From Conidiobolus incongruus B7586 (taxonomy: Eukaryota), in contig JNEM01011400.1 of the NCBI GenBank assembly GCA_000697335.1, forward strand, positions 1-59,346: DNA of 59,346 nt, given 5' to 3'. Below are positions 37,795 to 51,900 of the stretch, in pieces. Within the stretch, counting starts at the first letter, position 1; every line of letters starts with the position of its first letter. The notes beneath the pieces are model-generated. The model was not told where the DNA came from and did no database searches. It saw only the letters and a program-made list of their open reading frames with translations. Both the position numbers and the translations under genes were made by a program.

Positions 37795-39720
37795 TTAAAT
37801 AATTTTTTCATGAATTTCAATACCTCGTCTCTTTAAAGACTCGAGATAATTTTTAATTCGAGACCATTCATCTTGATTGAATGGATATTCTGACTCATAT
37901 TCGGCGACATTGAACCACGATGTTGTATAGAGTTTATGCAGTCGCTTAACTAACTTATTTACATCACTAATTCGGCCTTCTCTTAACAGCATCACTATGA
38001 CCACTCGAACGATAGAAAAAGTAGGTAAGTAGCCTTCATCGATCATCTGGTAGAAATATCGGTAGACGTATTGTGGTTTATTGATGTTTTTATAGCCACA
38101 AATAATCACATGGTAGAGGGGTGAGTTTAGCGAAGTAATTAACGGTATGAGTTGGTCAATAAGGGTATAATGCTTTTCATTAAAAGCACGGGACAGTAAA
38201 CATGATAGCATATGTGGGGTAATGAGGGATTTTTGGTCTTTTATCAAATTGAATAATTCAATGCATTGATTCAATGTACCATACTTTGAAAAGAGGGTAA
38301 ATATACAGCTATAAACTCGAGGTAATTCAGGTAAATCATCTTGAAGTTCATTGAACATCTGAGGTAGTCTGGCAATGACATGAGGATGCAACCTATCCAA
38401 CCTAAGATTATAAGTGTTTGATACTAAATCTAATTTACTGCAGCGTACAATTATCTCTTGATAAAAAAGATTATGCATATTGATCACTTGAGAATTTTGA
38501 GGATATTGGAAATGCTTCATTATATAAACCAACATATCCGATGCAGTATTATGAAGTTCAGAGGTAGGTGGGTGGAGTATCAGCTGGTAGGATAGGTGAT
38601 TAAATAACTTCTCGCAAGATTTTTCACCAATCATCCCTAAATTTTGCATATGCTGCAGAAATTCAGAGCTTTCTTTATACCTTTTTGATTTAAATAAACC
38701 ATAGGACATTGTTGTTAATGAAGTTTCATCAGGAGTTGAATAATTATCAAAATAATGGTTATATATATTCAGTGCCCAATCAGGTTTACTTGAAGTAAAT
38801 GCACACAGCAACAAGTGATTAACGAGCGGTGTTATTGGCTGCAATCCTTTGCGCCTAGCCATTTCTAGTAATACAAATGCTTCTTTGAACCGATTAAATT
38901 CGACCATGAGCTTCTGCATGGTGCCTAAGAATTTGACAGTTAGCATTTGGTCATTTTGACTATTCAATATGTTATCCAACTTCTGCATTCCTAAATAAAA
39001 ATGCTTTCCGCCTCTTAGGAGTAAACTTCTAATGTGATAAGAATGTAGTACGAGGTTGGGCTGGAGACGGAAAGTGGAGTTTAGATGCATGAGTAGATGG
39101 TCCAATTCTGAATACAATTTTGATTCGAATAAACCCTTGGCCATAATGCTGATAGTTACCACATCTGGATCAATTTTTGATGTATTGAATAAGTTCAAAA
39201 ATAAATTCCAGCTCCATTCACCTTGCCCAGATAGCCATCCGCATTGGAGTACTAAGTTCATCATTAGCATGAAAGGTTTTGACGATGACTGCTCTTCATA
39301 GGGGACGATACCAAGTTTCCTTGATTCAATATAGTGCTCTACTACTCTTAGATATTCGCCTGAGCTTTTCCAAGTGAGATAAAGTTTGACTATTTCATCA
39401 AGATCGGTTGCCCTTAGCAGATTTTTACTTACGTGATGATATGAATTCAATTTTTGAGACTGTATCGTGAGCTTATGTTGTTCTGCATGATTAGCTGAAG
39501 AGGTAGATCTGGATGAATTTTGAATTGAAGAAGCATCAGATGTGATATATTCGGGAGAAGGAATGACAGCGCACGTCCTGTAAAAAAATAGTTGGTTTAG
39601 GCTAAAATCTACACAGCAATATAATTGACGTTTAATTTTTCTTGTTATTTGAGATTGGTTTAGTCGATAAATGTTGTAGAATGGAAGTATTGAATGCTGA
39701 AATACATGGGGTGATCTCAT
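37795..39720 (-). CDS. Pentatricopeptide-repeat protein, probably mitochondrial
   Basis: 641-aa intronless ORF with ~35-aa helical repeats (PDVVTISIMAKGL, PDETSLTTMSYGL, YHVIICGY...FYQMIDEGYLPT) and a basic N-terminus. Confidence 0.82.
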   Translation of the reverse strand: MRSPHVFQHSILPFYNIYRLNQSQITRKIKRQLYCCVDFSLNQLFFYRTCAVIPSPEYITSDASSIQNSSRSTSSANHAEQHKLTIQSQKLNSYHHVSKNLLRATDLDEIVKLYLTWKSSGEYLRVVEHYIESRKLGIVPYEEQSSSKPFMLMMNLVLQCGWLSGQGEWSWNLFLNLFNTSKIDPDVVTISIMAKGLFESKLYSELDHLLMHLNSTFRLQPNLVLHSYHIRSLLLRGGKHFYLGMQKLDNILNSQNDQMLTVKFLGTMQKLMVEFNRFKEAFVLLEMARRKGLQPITPLVNHLLLCAFTSSKPDWALNIYNHYFDNYSTPDETSLTTMSYGLFKSKRYKESSEFLQHMQNLGMIGEKSCEKLFNHLSYQLILHPPTSELHNTASDMLVYIMKHFQYPQNSQVINMHNLFYQEIIVRCSKLDLVSNTYNLRLDRLHPHVIARLPQMFNELQDDLPELPRVYSCIFTLFSKYGTLNQCIELFNLIKDQKSLITPHMLSCLLSRAFNEKHYTLIDQLIPLITSLNSPLYHVIICGYKNINKPQYVYRYFYQMIDEGYLPTFSIVRVVIVMLLREGRISDVNKLVKRLHKLYTTSWFNVAEYESEYPFNQDEWSRIKNYLESLKRRGIEIHEKII

Positions 39721-41457
39721 ATCATAACTTTGAAAAATATAATCAAATTATATTTTTTTAATTATTTTTAATTGATTAAGTTTGAATAATTGTTTAACTA
39801 CGTTATTATAATATAATTTATATTTGTATTGTTATATCTCAAAGTATTTTATAGTCTAATCAAATTTAAATATATTTCCTTTGCTATGAAATTATGGGAT
39901 TTGGGAAATATTTAATAATCTATCTTATCACTGATAATCTTTCAATATATTATCTTATATACCAATATCCATATAGATAGGTTTTTTATATTAATATATA
40001 TTATTCATTAATACAATCAGTTTAAAATATTTTTCGCCTATGATAATAATGGGATAGAATAAAATGATAAATAATCAGGTAGTTACTCATTGCTTTTATA
40101 TATTATTTCCACATAATCTACCATATTTTTTTCAATCAAGTTTGAATATATATTAGCAATCAATAAAATAAATTTAAAAATTTTCTTAACTTTCAATCAG
40201 TGTAATATGATAAAAACATGCAAAAAATGTAAAATTAATATTGATTAAATTTAAAAGTTAAAGAAGCTATATAAATCAAAATTAGAAAATCATTTTAAAT
40301 TCTAATAAATATTTTTATTCTGTAATGATAAAACTGAGAATTATGTTTAACTTTAATTTTGTTATTATTTTTATATCCAGCAATATAATATTTAGAATTT
40401 TTGGCATATTTATCGGATTGTAAAATACATCAATGATACTTAATTTTGGCAATTCAATGTAGTTTTAATTACTTTGATATCATAATTGAAATATGCTTCT
40501 TAATTTTTTTCAAGAAAAATGGTTGCAACTAGTTATGTTATAAAGAATTGTTTTCAAATGTTTATAGCACAATATTAATTTTTTGAATATGTTGATTATT
40601 GAATTATAATTTAATGATAATTGTATTGAAATTATTTAAAAAGTTGAGCGATATAAATTTATTTATATATTATAATTATATTTTGTTAATACATCTTGAT
40701 CTAAATATAAAATACCTCTAGATTATAAAGTGATTTTAAGATTAGAACTATTGAATAATGCTCAATACATCTAGATCCAAGTTAATGCTAATTATTTATA
40801 CCTTTTTTGGAATTTCTAAATTTCTGCTTAGCAGTTATTTTAGTTGAATATAAAAGACATCATATATATATATATATATATTCTGATAATTTTATAGATT
40901 AGATATTGTAAATGTATTATTTAATTTTACCTTAAATCTATATCAAGAATTAGGATTTTTTAAGGATTATTTAATTCATCTTTTAACAAAAACCACCATT
41001 TTGATGATGAAATCAATTATATGATAAGGTCATTAAATTGGTTTTACTTAAATTAGATTTATTCTGTATATGGTCCAACATCTGTTAATATCATATTTGA
41101 ATGTTTAATAGCATTTGATTGGTATACAAAATATGCATCTATTTGCTTAATTTATATTTAGAGTTGATGGCTGGCTAGTTAATGCTTCATATTAACCCTA
41201 AGGACTAACTTGTAATAAAATTACAATTGTATAGCTTTGGACATATATAAAAATTTTTTAGACAAATAGCACAACTCAAAACCCAAATTTTTATTTTTAC
41301 AACTTATGCAATCTAAAATTAAAGTAATTAAATTATTAACATAAGAGAAATTTAAGGCATAAATCAATTAAAGTTTGATTGTTAAATTGTTGTAAGATAT
41401 AAATAAAGCCAAAACGTCCTTAATCAGAGTAGTATTTCTAAGTGATAGAGAATTACG

Positions 41458-42206
41458 ATGAACTCAAGCAATCCTCTTAAGGATGAATATAATATCAATG
41501 TGAGCACAGAAAATATCCCGATATTTGATGAAAGAACATACAGACCAATTGGAAGATCCAGAATATTTTATTTTTTGACTCAATTGCTTATTCACTGCTT
41601 GATTATTGGTGTTCTAATTAACGTATGGACTAAACCATATTCTTTCTTCCTTTGGCATCCAACCTTTGCAATTCTCAGTTTATATTTATATATTCAAGGT
41701 AAATACAAATATCATCAATTTTATTATATACTGAGTTATTTTAAACACTAGGTATATTGCAAGTACAAAGTACTGAGAGTATCCCTACTCGTATCAGAGG
41801 AGCAAAGATTCATTCTATTTGCAATGCCACAGGGACAATTTGTATGATTATAGCATTCATAATTACTGAAACCAACAAGAATAGACTTGGGGCAGTTCAT
41901 TTTACCAGTTCTCATGGTCAGTTTGGGTTATCCATTGTAATTCTAATTTTTATTGCAGCATTTGCTGGTACTGCATCACTCTACTTCCCGGTTGTCTTTG
42001 GAGGTAGAGCAAAGGCGAGACGTGTATATAGTCCTCATCGAGTGTTAGGATATTGGATTATTATTTTCATGTGTATTAATGTATGCTTAGGTATATTTTC
42101 TAATTGGGGTCTTATTAATTTTAATCTTCACTGGGTTATTGTTGCTAACATTGTAGTATTATTGATTTCAATCATTCTAACACTTGATATCAGAAAACTA
42201 AAGTAA
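41458..42206 (+). CDS. Cytochrome b561-domain protein, copy 1 (intron 41699-41751)
   Basis: Heme-ligand His pattern FLWHP / IHS / HFTSSHG / PHR across transmembrane helices. Confidence 0.88.
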
Positions 42207-43344
42207 GTAATAAATAATAATTTTTTATGAGCTTCATCTATATTATACTTTTATTATTCGTTTATTTTGATAACATGTGAAAAATCATAAAATTTTAATA
42301 TAATTGCCATTCTAAGTATGGGGTTCGCTTTAATAACAACATTTCCAATAAGATACCTTGTTGTGAATCAATAATTTGATAACATTTAAAAAATGTTATA
42401 TTAATTGAATGTATTACTATCAATCTTTTAAATTATTATATATATATATATATATATATTAGCAATTGAAAATACTTCATAGTAAATATGATTTGTTATG
42501 AATAAGTTAATATTAATAAATTTTGAATATTATTTTAATTGATCAAAGTTAATTTGAATAACAATAACTTGAATAATTAGGTTTCTGATTTATAACTACA
42601 ATTTATTGAACTAAATGAAATTGAAAAAGTTTAACCAAATATGTATCTCTTTCATTGAATGTCACATATGTTGTTGATAATTAACAATATTTCATTTTTT
42701 TATTCCTTAATAAAATTAGTTTGGGATTATATTTTCTATATTTCGAAAATTAGATTTACGTAATAATATTTATATATTTTAAGATTTATAGAAAATAATA
42801 TATAAATATAAAAGTATATATATTAAATCTCATAATATATTTGATAATGGTTTGGAAAAAATTCTTATTATATTGTCGAGATAAAATGTTGAATCATACT
42901 AATTTTGTCACTTACATTATTTATGTTGGCCATAGTAGTATTAATCAACTAATCTAATAAACAAATATGTATATATGAATAACATATTACATTGTATTTG
43001 CATAAATCTCGATAATCAATATAGGCAAGAATAGAAAATTATTCATAATAATAAATAATATTATATTGCAAATTAAAATGATTATAATCAAATATGATTA
43101 AATTAATATATTTACCAAAATTTATTATTCAAGCTTATCTTTCAATAAAAATGATCAATGATGATCTCAATTTAAAATCATGTCTAAAATTTTGACACAA
43201 TTATCGCTAATGTTTTCATCATTTATCAATTCCAAATGTAAATTTTGAAATTTGATGATATAATTCATTTGTCATTTACGATCCTTGATTTGTATAAAAA
43301 CCTACTTTCTAAAATTTCTTCGAAAGTATTTTATTTTTAACAAA

Positions 43345-44078
43345 ATGGGCTATACAAGTATCACTACTAATCAAGAGGGAACTCCTGTATTGGATTCAAG
43401 AACCTATCAACCATTTATCAATCCGGTTTTTGCTTGGTATACTTCTGAAATTGCTTTGCACTTGTTCGTAATACTTTTCCTCTATAATATTTGGTCTAGC
43501 CCTTATACTTTCTTCCTTTGGCATCCTACTTTCAATACCTTAGGCTTTTATTTCTTATGTCAAGGTAATTTATAATTATTTCTAATGTTTTAATTGAATT
43601 AATGTTAATTACTGAACTAGGTATTCTTAAAACCCAGCATACCGAATTGTCCAACCAAAGGACTAAAGGATTGGAATCACATATTAAATTAAATAGTTTG
43701 AGTTTAGTTTCTTTTGTTGCTGCTCTAACCATTATCGTTTCTCTAAAATTGTACAATGGTTTCGCCCACTTTCAAATTGCTCATGGAAAGATAGGCTTAA
43801 CCATTGCTACTCTTGCCATCATTGTCGCTCTTGCAGGGATAATGATGGTGTTTTTCCCTTCGATATTTGGAGGAAGGACCAAAGCCAAAAAGTTCTACCA
43901 TCATCATCGTATTGGTGGTTATCTAACTATTACACTAATTGGTATAAATATTATATTTGGGTTATACACTCATTGGGGACTAATGCATATCAATCATGGT
44001 GGTTTATTGATTGGTTTATTAGTATTGACTATCGGACCATTACTTTTACGAATGGACTATCGAAAATTATTACAATAG
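43345..44078 (+). CDS. Cytochrome b561-domain protein, copy 2 (intron 43565-43620)
   Basis: FLWHP / SHI / HFQIAHG / HHR, with the same intron position (Q|G) as copy 1. Confidence 0.88.
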
Positions 44079-46238
44079 TTCAAAGATGTTAGTTTTTATA
44101 GCTTTTCTATTCAGTCAATTGCAGAATTTTATTCAAGTTGCTTAACCGCCATTTTTATTGAACCTACAAGTATAATAAATGTTTACATCTACTGAATTTC
44201 AGAACCTTTAGTAAATAAACATGAATTACACATGAAAATAATTAAGTAGATTTAATGATTTAATTCAATAACATCAAAAAGTTTCAAGTCAGATGATATT
44301 TGTTGAATTTGTGTATCATATATTGCAGATATTGAATGAGTTCATATATTACGCTGTGTTTATAAATATTTATAAAGTTTGTAATCTCGAAGGTTATTCA
44401 AACTTTCTACATTATCTGTATTAATAATTATATATTTAAACATAAATTAAATTTATCATTTAATAAAATCCGAGTTCAGAATTTCAAACGAAATGGTTAT
44501 ATATCTAAATAGAGTTTTCATTGAAGTGAGATAAATTCTACAGCGCACAAAAATATAAATTATTTATTGGCTTAAATACATGGTTGTTTATTATTCTGCT
44601 GAAAAAATGAATTATTCAATCAAAAATTTTATTATTCTATATATCTTAGAAAATAGAAGGTAATGGTATATCATTTGACTAACTTATTAACAAATAGTTT
44701 AAAGATTTTATATTAATAATAATTTAAATATTATTACTTATCTATTATTGTTTAATTATTATAGTGATATTATAATTGTGATTTGTTAAGAATTGACAAA
44801 ATTTTAGTCACATTATAAAATATTAGCACTAAAATAGATAATTAAATTCATTATGGATAATATAAAATGTTATTAATGACCAAGTATTTGATGATAAAAT
44901 TATAATCAAATATCGAAATAAAATGGAAAGATAATAAGGACTAACACTTTGAAAATTTTCAATCTTAAATCCATTAAAATATTTCAAGTATAGATGAAGT
45001 AATTAGCTTGTTGATTCACCAACTATAATCAAAATTAAATAATACTATATTCAAATTGATATATTTTTGTTTCTATGAGTATATGTATAATAATGTTATT
45101 GATACAGAATAGATGCTTATCTTTTTTTAAATTAATATTAAATTGAAATTCGATACTTTAGTAAATATAATGATACAATGTATTTTAGGATTAATATCAA
45201 TTTGATTGGTCATATTTTAGAAATATATTATTAACTTGATATTACATTTAATATTCAATTCATGCTGAAATTTGAAGTATGTTAATATCAAAAAAACGAA
45301 AGAGATAGATAGATGGGCTAATTAAATAGCTATGTTCTTGCGATGATTGGATTTGAAATTTTGAATTATAAGTTCATGTGATGAGGATGTTGTAATGATT
45401 TAATTGCTAAAATGGTCACACTGATCCTTCTGAATGGAGTCGGATTACTACGGGTGCTCTTTGCAATTGCTTAATTAAACATTTTGATTGACACCTTGAT
45501 CATATGGGTTAACTTTCCAATTGTATTCATAATATTAGTTCAATGTTGTTTGCAATTTATAGAATATGTAATTGTATTGAAATGATATTTCGTGGTGTTT
45601 TATTCACCATACTCTACTTAGTTAAAGATATTCTTATATTTTATATTGCATGATTGATTAAAAAAGCCTCATATATTATTTTAGAGTAAATATTTAATAA
45701 ACTCTTCTTTTGAAGACATCACTTGATTAATAATTTATTATATGGAAAGCTTTGATGTAATGTGGATGATAAATAATATGATGGTAGTGTGACTGATCTT
45801 TTATCTTGATTATACTCTTTTAATTATATATTTTTAAATGTCGCTCCAATACTGAGATCTAATTAATCCAGAAAATCCAGAATTTAATCATGTTAAAGTA
45901 TAAGAGCGAATAGTGATATTGATGCTTGCTTAGGTGGCTAAGCAAAAATGACAAAGTGTTGCCTGAATTTTGGGTAATACAAAGGTTGAAAATGAAATAA
46001 ACCAAAGAAATACTCCAATTTATCCCGAAAATGAGAGCTAATGCAATCACGTGCCGAAAAAATCCATTCTATAGACCCATATAAGGATCTGATGAAATTA
46101 ATTGGTGTGTGAATTTGATCAGAATAGTATAAAAGGGCATCTTTATCCATGGTTAACTCATAAACAAACATATTTAATCCAATCTATTTAAACATTAATC
46201 CATAGTAATCGGATTGGTTTTTAAATCCTTTATCTTTC

Positions 46239-48345
46239 ATGAACATCTTTCAATTATCTTCTCGCAGGTATGTTTTATCCTTAAATTACTTTTCTCTTGT
46301 TAGAATATATACAACATATACTATAAATCAATTAGCATATTTTATATTATCTATAATTAAGCTTATATAGTGATATTCTATTATACCAATTTCATCAACT
46401 TAAGCCTATCATGAAATCATTACGTATTGTATCACAGTGTGGGACTGATTGATTTTGTTATATAGATTACCCAAGCAATTTCTTTCCCGTAACATGACCT
46501 TTTCAACCGTCAACAAAAGCAAAATGTTGGGGCATCAAGCCTCTCTCCCAAAGTTACCAGTTCCAGTCCTCAAGGATACCCTCTCCAAGTACTTAAGATC
46601 TGTCAAGCCTCTTTTGAATGAAACTGAATATCTCAAGACTGTCCAAGCTGTTGAAGAATTCCAGAAGCCAGGTGGCTGGGGTGAAAAGTTACAAGAACGC
46701 CTCGTTGCCAAGGCCAATGATCCTAAGGTTGACAACTGGCTTGATAGATGGTGGATTGATCTTGCCTATTTTGGCTACCGTGATCCTCTCCCTTTCTTCT
46801 CTTCTTACTTCTTCGCTTACAAGGATGATCCAACTGTCAAGAAAAACACTAAGAGAGCTTCTCAGATTATCACTGCTGCCCTTGAATTCCGCAAGGCTGT
46901 CATAAGGTGACATTAATATCAAATAATATTATTCTATGATTAACCATTTCAATAGTGAAGAATTAGCTCCAGAAAAGACCAAGGCCTATCCCTTGTGTAT
47001 GGACTCCTACAAATGGTTGTTCAATGCCTGTCGTTACCCCAAAAAGCCTAGCGATTATGAAAAGGCGTTTGATCCTGCAACCAACAACCACATTGCTGTC
47101 GTACGCAAGAATAAATTCTACATTGTTGAAACTATTCAAAATGGTAAGCAATTAACCACTGCTGAATTGGAGCAACAGCTCGACAAGATTATCCAAGACG
47201 CTGGTGACCAACGCGCACCCGCTATTGGTGTTTTAACTACTGATAACCGTGACAAGTGGACCGATGCTCGTGAAGGATTACTCGCTGCCTCTCCCGAAAA
47301 TGCTGCTCTTTTGGAAAAGATCGAAAGTTCCATTTTCTTAGTCTGTTTGGACGACTCCTCTCCCGTCACCAGAGAAGAAATTTCCAGAGCATGCTGGCAC
47401 GGAGATGGTAAGAACAGATTCTTTGACAAGTCTTTACAATTTATTATTTTCGAAAACGGTAAAGCTGGTTTCAACGGTGAGCACTCTAGTATGGATGCTA
47501 CTCCCACTGCTCGTTTGAGTGATTGGATTTGCCACGCTCTCTTCAATGGCAAGATCAACCATCACTATGATCAACCTGCTAGAGCTGACCTCGCTACTCC
47601 CAAGCGTCTTGACTTCACCATTACTCCTTTGGTCAGCCGCTCCATCCAGGAAGCTACGCAGAGATTCGATGAATGGGTCAACAAGCATGAACTCCATGTG
47701 TTGGCATATCATGGCTATGGTAAAAACTTCATCAAGAAATGCAAGGTCAGTCCTGATGCTTTCGCTCAAATGATCATTCAACTTGCCTACTACAATATGC
47801 ATGGTGTCAGCCGTCCTACTTATGAATCTGCCTCCACTAGAAAGTACCTAAAGGGCCGTACTGAAACCATTCGTTCCGTCAGTTTAGAATCCGTCGAATT
47901 TGTCAAGGCTATGAATGATCCTTCCCTTTCCAAGGAAGTTAAGATCCAGAAACTCCAACAAGCTTGTCAAGCCCATTCCAAGTACACTGCTGATGCATCT
48001 GACGGCAGAGGTGTTGATCGCCATCTCCTTGGTTTGAGACTTTCCTTAGAAGCCAACGAACCCAAGCCTGCCATCTTCACTGACCCCGCATATGCCTATT
48101 CTTGCCACTGGAACCTTTCCACCTCCCAACTCGTGAGTGAATTCTTTCAAGGCTATGGCTGGGGTGAAGTCGTCCCCGACGGCTACGGCATCCCCTACAT
48201 GATCAACAACGATTCCTTACTTTTTACCGTCACCTCCCTCAGACCCATGAAGGCTGCTCATCTCAAGCACTATTTGGATGCTGCTGCCACCGAACTTAAG
48301 CAACTCTTTGATGGTGCTCAAGCTCCTGCTGGATCCAAGCTCTAA
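46239..48345 (+). CDS. CAT2: Carnitine O-acetyltransferase, predicted mitochondrial and peroxisomal (introns 46268-46465 and 46907-46955)
   Basis: LPKLPVP, NRFFDKS, GEHSSMDA, TYESASTR..KGRTETIR, LSTS; exon 1 encodes MNIFQLSSR; the C-terminus ends in SKL. Confidence 0.95.
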
Positions 48346-48348
48346 TTT

Positions 48349-48376
<28 letters not shown>
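48349..48376 (+). repeat. (AATC)7 microsatellite in the CAT2 3' UTR
   Basis: Perfect tetranucleotide run just after the stop codon. Confidence 0.9.
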
Positions 48377-48380
<4 letters not shown>

Positions 48381-48912
48381 CTAATAATAAACTGTTAAAT
48401 AATTCAATAATAAATTCAAACACAGTCATTCTCATTTACGCCTGGTTATTGTATCGATTAAGCAGATTAATCTTTTAAACATTGTGACAGCTTTTGAAGT
48501 ATCTTACCAATTATTTTAACAATTAATGATATTGGAAGAAAATTTCACAATGTATTGAGGATAATTAAATTAATACTAAAATGACGATTTTGTGATATTG
48601 TAATGATTTAATATCCTTAGAACCAAATATTATATAAAGCATTTTTATCTAAATATATATTCAATTATAAGATTAATCAAAAATTTATTTGATATTTTTA
48701 TTATAAATATATCATATTCAATAAAATCAAGTGTAATACATACAATTTACAACCATATATCTAAATATATTTTTTATGTTTTATTAATATAAATTATATC
48801 TATTTTAATATATGCCTTAGTATATATATCTGATTATTTAATGAAAATAAATAAGTTTATTTGAAATAATATATAAAATACACATGGTTTAATGGTAAGG
48901 TGTGCTATAATG

Positions 48913-51900
48913 TTATTTCATAGAAATAGCATGTGGATTGATAGTAATAGATTTGGTCATATCAGATGTTTTATAGATACCAACTAATCTATCAGCCATT
49001 TCAAACATATTGTTTCTTAAACTGATGATCACGAATTGTGCATCTTTGGTTCGATCTTTGATGTAATTAGCAACGATGGAAACATTACGGAAATCTAAAG
49101 CTGCATCGATTTCATCCATGACATAAAGAGGAGTGGGCTTGAAATGATGAAGAGCAAAGACTAGGGCCAGTGAACTTAATGTCTAAATACTTGAATTAAT
49201 GATATTATCCAACAGTAAAAATTATTATGGATTACCTTTTCACCACCAGATAAATTTGATATATTCTTCCAACTCTTTTTAGGGGGCATAACACTAAATA
49301 TGATTCCCTCAGAGAAAGGATCCAAGCTATCAACTAATTCCAATTCGGCATTTCCTCCGAGTGTAATCATTCTGTACATCTCTTTAAGCTTATCAGAAAT
49401 GGTAGTGAATCCTTCCATGAACTCTTTATGTCTTTGTTTTCGCAAATTATCATATAGATCTTTATATTTATCGCGTTCACCTGTGCATTCATCTAATTCT
49501 TTTTGGCGGAATGAGAGATCTTGTTCCTTTTGGTGATACTCTCTTAGCACTGATAAATTAGGCTGCATTGAAGATAACTTGGATTCTAATTCGGAAATAT
49601 CTTCCTTATATTGGTTGATATCTATGTTTCGTAATTCTTCCTCAGGAACAATAGGGAGTGGTGTTGAATCGGGACCTTCGCCACTAAATGGTGGTTAGCA
49701 TGAAGCAAAGATGATATGAATAAACTTACTCAAGAGATTGCAAAGTGAGACGATGTTGTTCAGCTTTCCAATGTGCTGTTTGCTGCTTACTTTCGGCGAA
49801 TATCCTATTAAGCTCTTCCATTTCATTCTGTAAGCCAGCTTCAATCGTTTTGAGTTTGGCTAATGTTTCACGATTAGCATCTAGACGCGCTTTAGTGTCC
49901 TCTAATTGTTTAGACTTTTCGCCAATCTGCGATCTGATTTCTTGTTGGTTTTCTCTGAGTACTACTGATTTTTCGCTATGAGTTTTCAATTCTTGGTCGA
50001 TAGCTTCAAGGTCTGATTGAATGATTTCGATTTCCCGCTCGTGTTTACCAATAGATTTATTTACTGAGGCCAGATCTTTTTTGATTTTGTTAAGATCGAC
50101 TTGCGACTTGGTAAACTTGTGCTGAATCATTTCCATCTGGCTCTTGATAGTCTCGACTTTAGACTTTTGAGTTCGAAGCTGGACACCTCCGATTTCGAGA
50201 ATCTTGTTTTGTAACTTTTTAATATCATTTTCCAAACTTTGGGAACCAATTTTAAGCTGGTCCAGTTCTTGAGAGTGTTTTACAATACTGTCTTTGAGCT
50301 GCTGCTTCTTTTCTAAATCTTCAGGCGTAGAGACAGGTTGTTTCTCTAAGTTAACATACTGAGCTTTAGCAGCTTGGATTTGAGCATGATATGAATCGAA
50401 ATCAAGTTTAAGTTTAGAGGTGGTTACATCCAAATTGGGTAACTCTCGATTCACTCTTTCTATCTTATTCTCTAAATCCTGTAGATCTTTTTGGAATTTT
50501 TCCCATTTCTTTTCTTTATCCCTGAGATTTGCCTCTAAATGTGCTAATCTTTCTGAGCTTACACCTTCGTCTGCAAATTTTGAGCTCATTGCACCTTTTG
50601 CAACTCGAGTACCACCACCAGTCATTGTACCCGATTTGTCAATCAATTTACCATCTAAGGTAACAACTCTCCATCTTTGTTTACCATAAGCAATTTGATT
50701 GGCTTGACTCATGTTGGTAGCAACTAATGTATCTTTGAGTACACTATAAAATGCCGGCTTATACATAGGATCCTTTGGTTTTACCAAATCAAAGAGACGA
50801 GGAACATTCTGAGGAGTATCAATTCGATTCAAATTGAATTTGGAAAGTTTCTCTAATACAATAAAGACACCTCTTCCAAGATTGTGATCTTTCAAATACT
50901 TGATACATGACTGAGCAGTGGCAACTGTATCTACTACTATATTGTCCAACTGTGGACAGCATGTGGAGATGGCGACATCAAATTTTTCTTCGATAACTCC
51001 CAGCGATCCTAGACGACCATGGATACCAGGAATTCTTCCCAGCTCCTTTTCTTTCATCAACGCTTCTAACATTCGACTTTGAGCTTTGGCGGTTTGGACT
51101 AAATTTCGAGCTTCAGATGCCTTTTGTCTAGAGGATTGGAGTTCGTCTTGGAGCTGAGCTTCGTAAAGCTTTGCTTGTTTCATTTGGTTATTCATCTGCT
51201 CCAAGGCTTCAGTCATCTTGTTCTTTTTCTCAACAGTTTTTTGAATTTCACTTTCTTTGGCAGCTCGATTCTCTCGAAGTTCAATAATTCTAGATTTTAG
51301 TTCCTCAATCTGCTTTTGAACCAGATTTTCTTTCTCATCTAAAAGATTGAGCTCAGATTTCGCAACTTCAATAAGTGATTGCTGTTGACGAATTTTTTCA
51401 TTCCAAGGAGCCAATTCTTTTTGCTTAGCCTCAATTTGAATAGTGTATTCATCAGTTTTTCCTAATCAGTTTATAAGCTGTCTATCCCATTAAATTACTC
51501 TTTTTGTTTACCTTTCATTGACTCAACAATTTCATTTAAGACCACTGATTCTTGTTTTAAGGATTCCTCCAATTCTTTCAATTCATTCTGTGATTTGACA
51601 ATATCTTTCTCATGATTCTGAATCCATGTCTCATTTTCTGAAGCTTTGAGTCTTTCCTAGATACAGAACAAATTAATCAATAAATCGATTTCAATTGTAG
51701 ACTATTTAGAATACCTTTTCCAAAATTTTTTCAGACTTTTTAAGCTTACTAGTTAAATGCTTCCTCTTTTCTTGAATCTGGATTTCTTCTTTATCCAATT
51801 TTTCAATTTTGGAACTAATTTCGCTATATTTACGTTCCAAAGTTTCGAATTCTTGAGTTAGAGCAGAATTCTGTTTAGAAAGTTGGTCCTCTTCTTCTTT

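Noticed and set aside
45859..46171. Two overlapping minus-strand ORFs upstream of CAT2
   Set aside because: Short, no recognisable domain, and located in the probable CAT2 promoter region.
46535..47802. Several alternative-frame and antisense ORFs inside CAT2 (similar ones in KGD2, SMC4 and MAM33)
   Set aside because: Expected by-products of strong codon bias in highly expressed genes.
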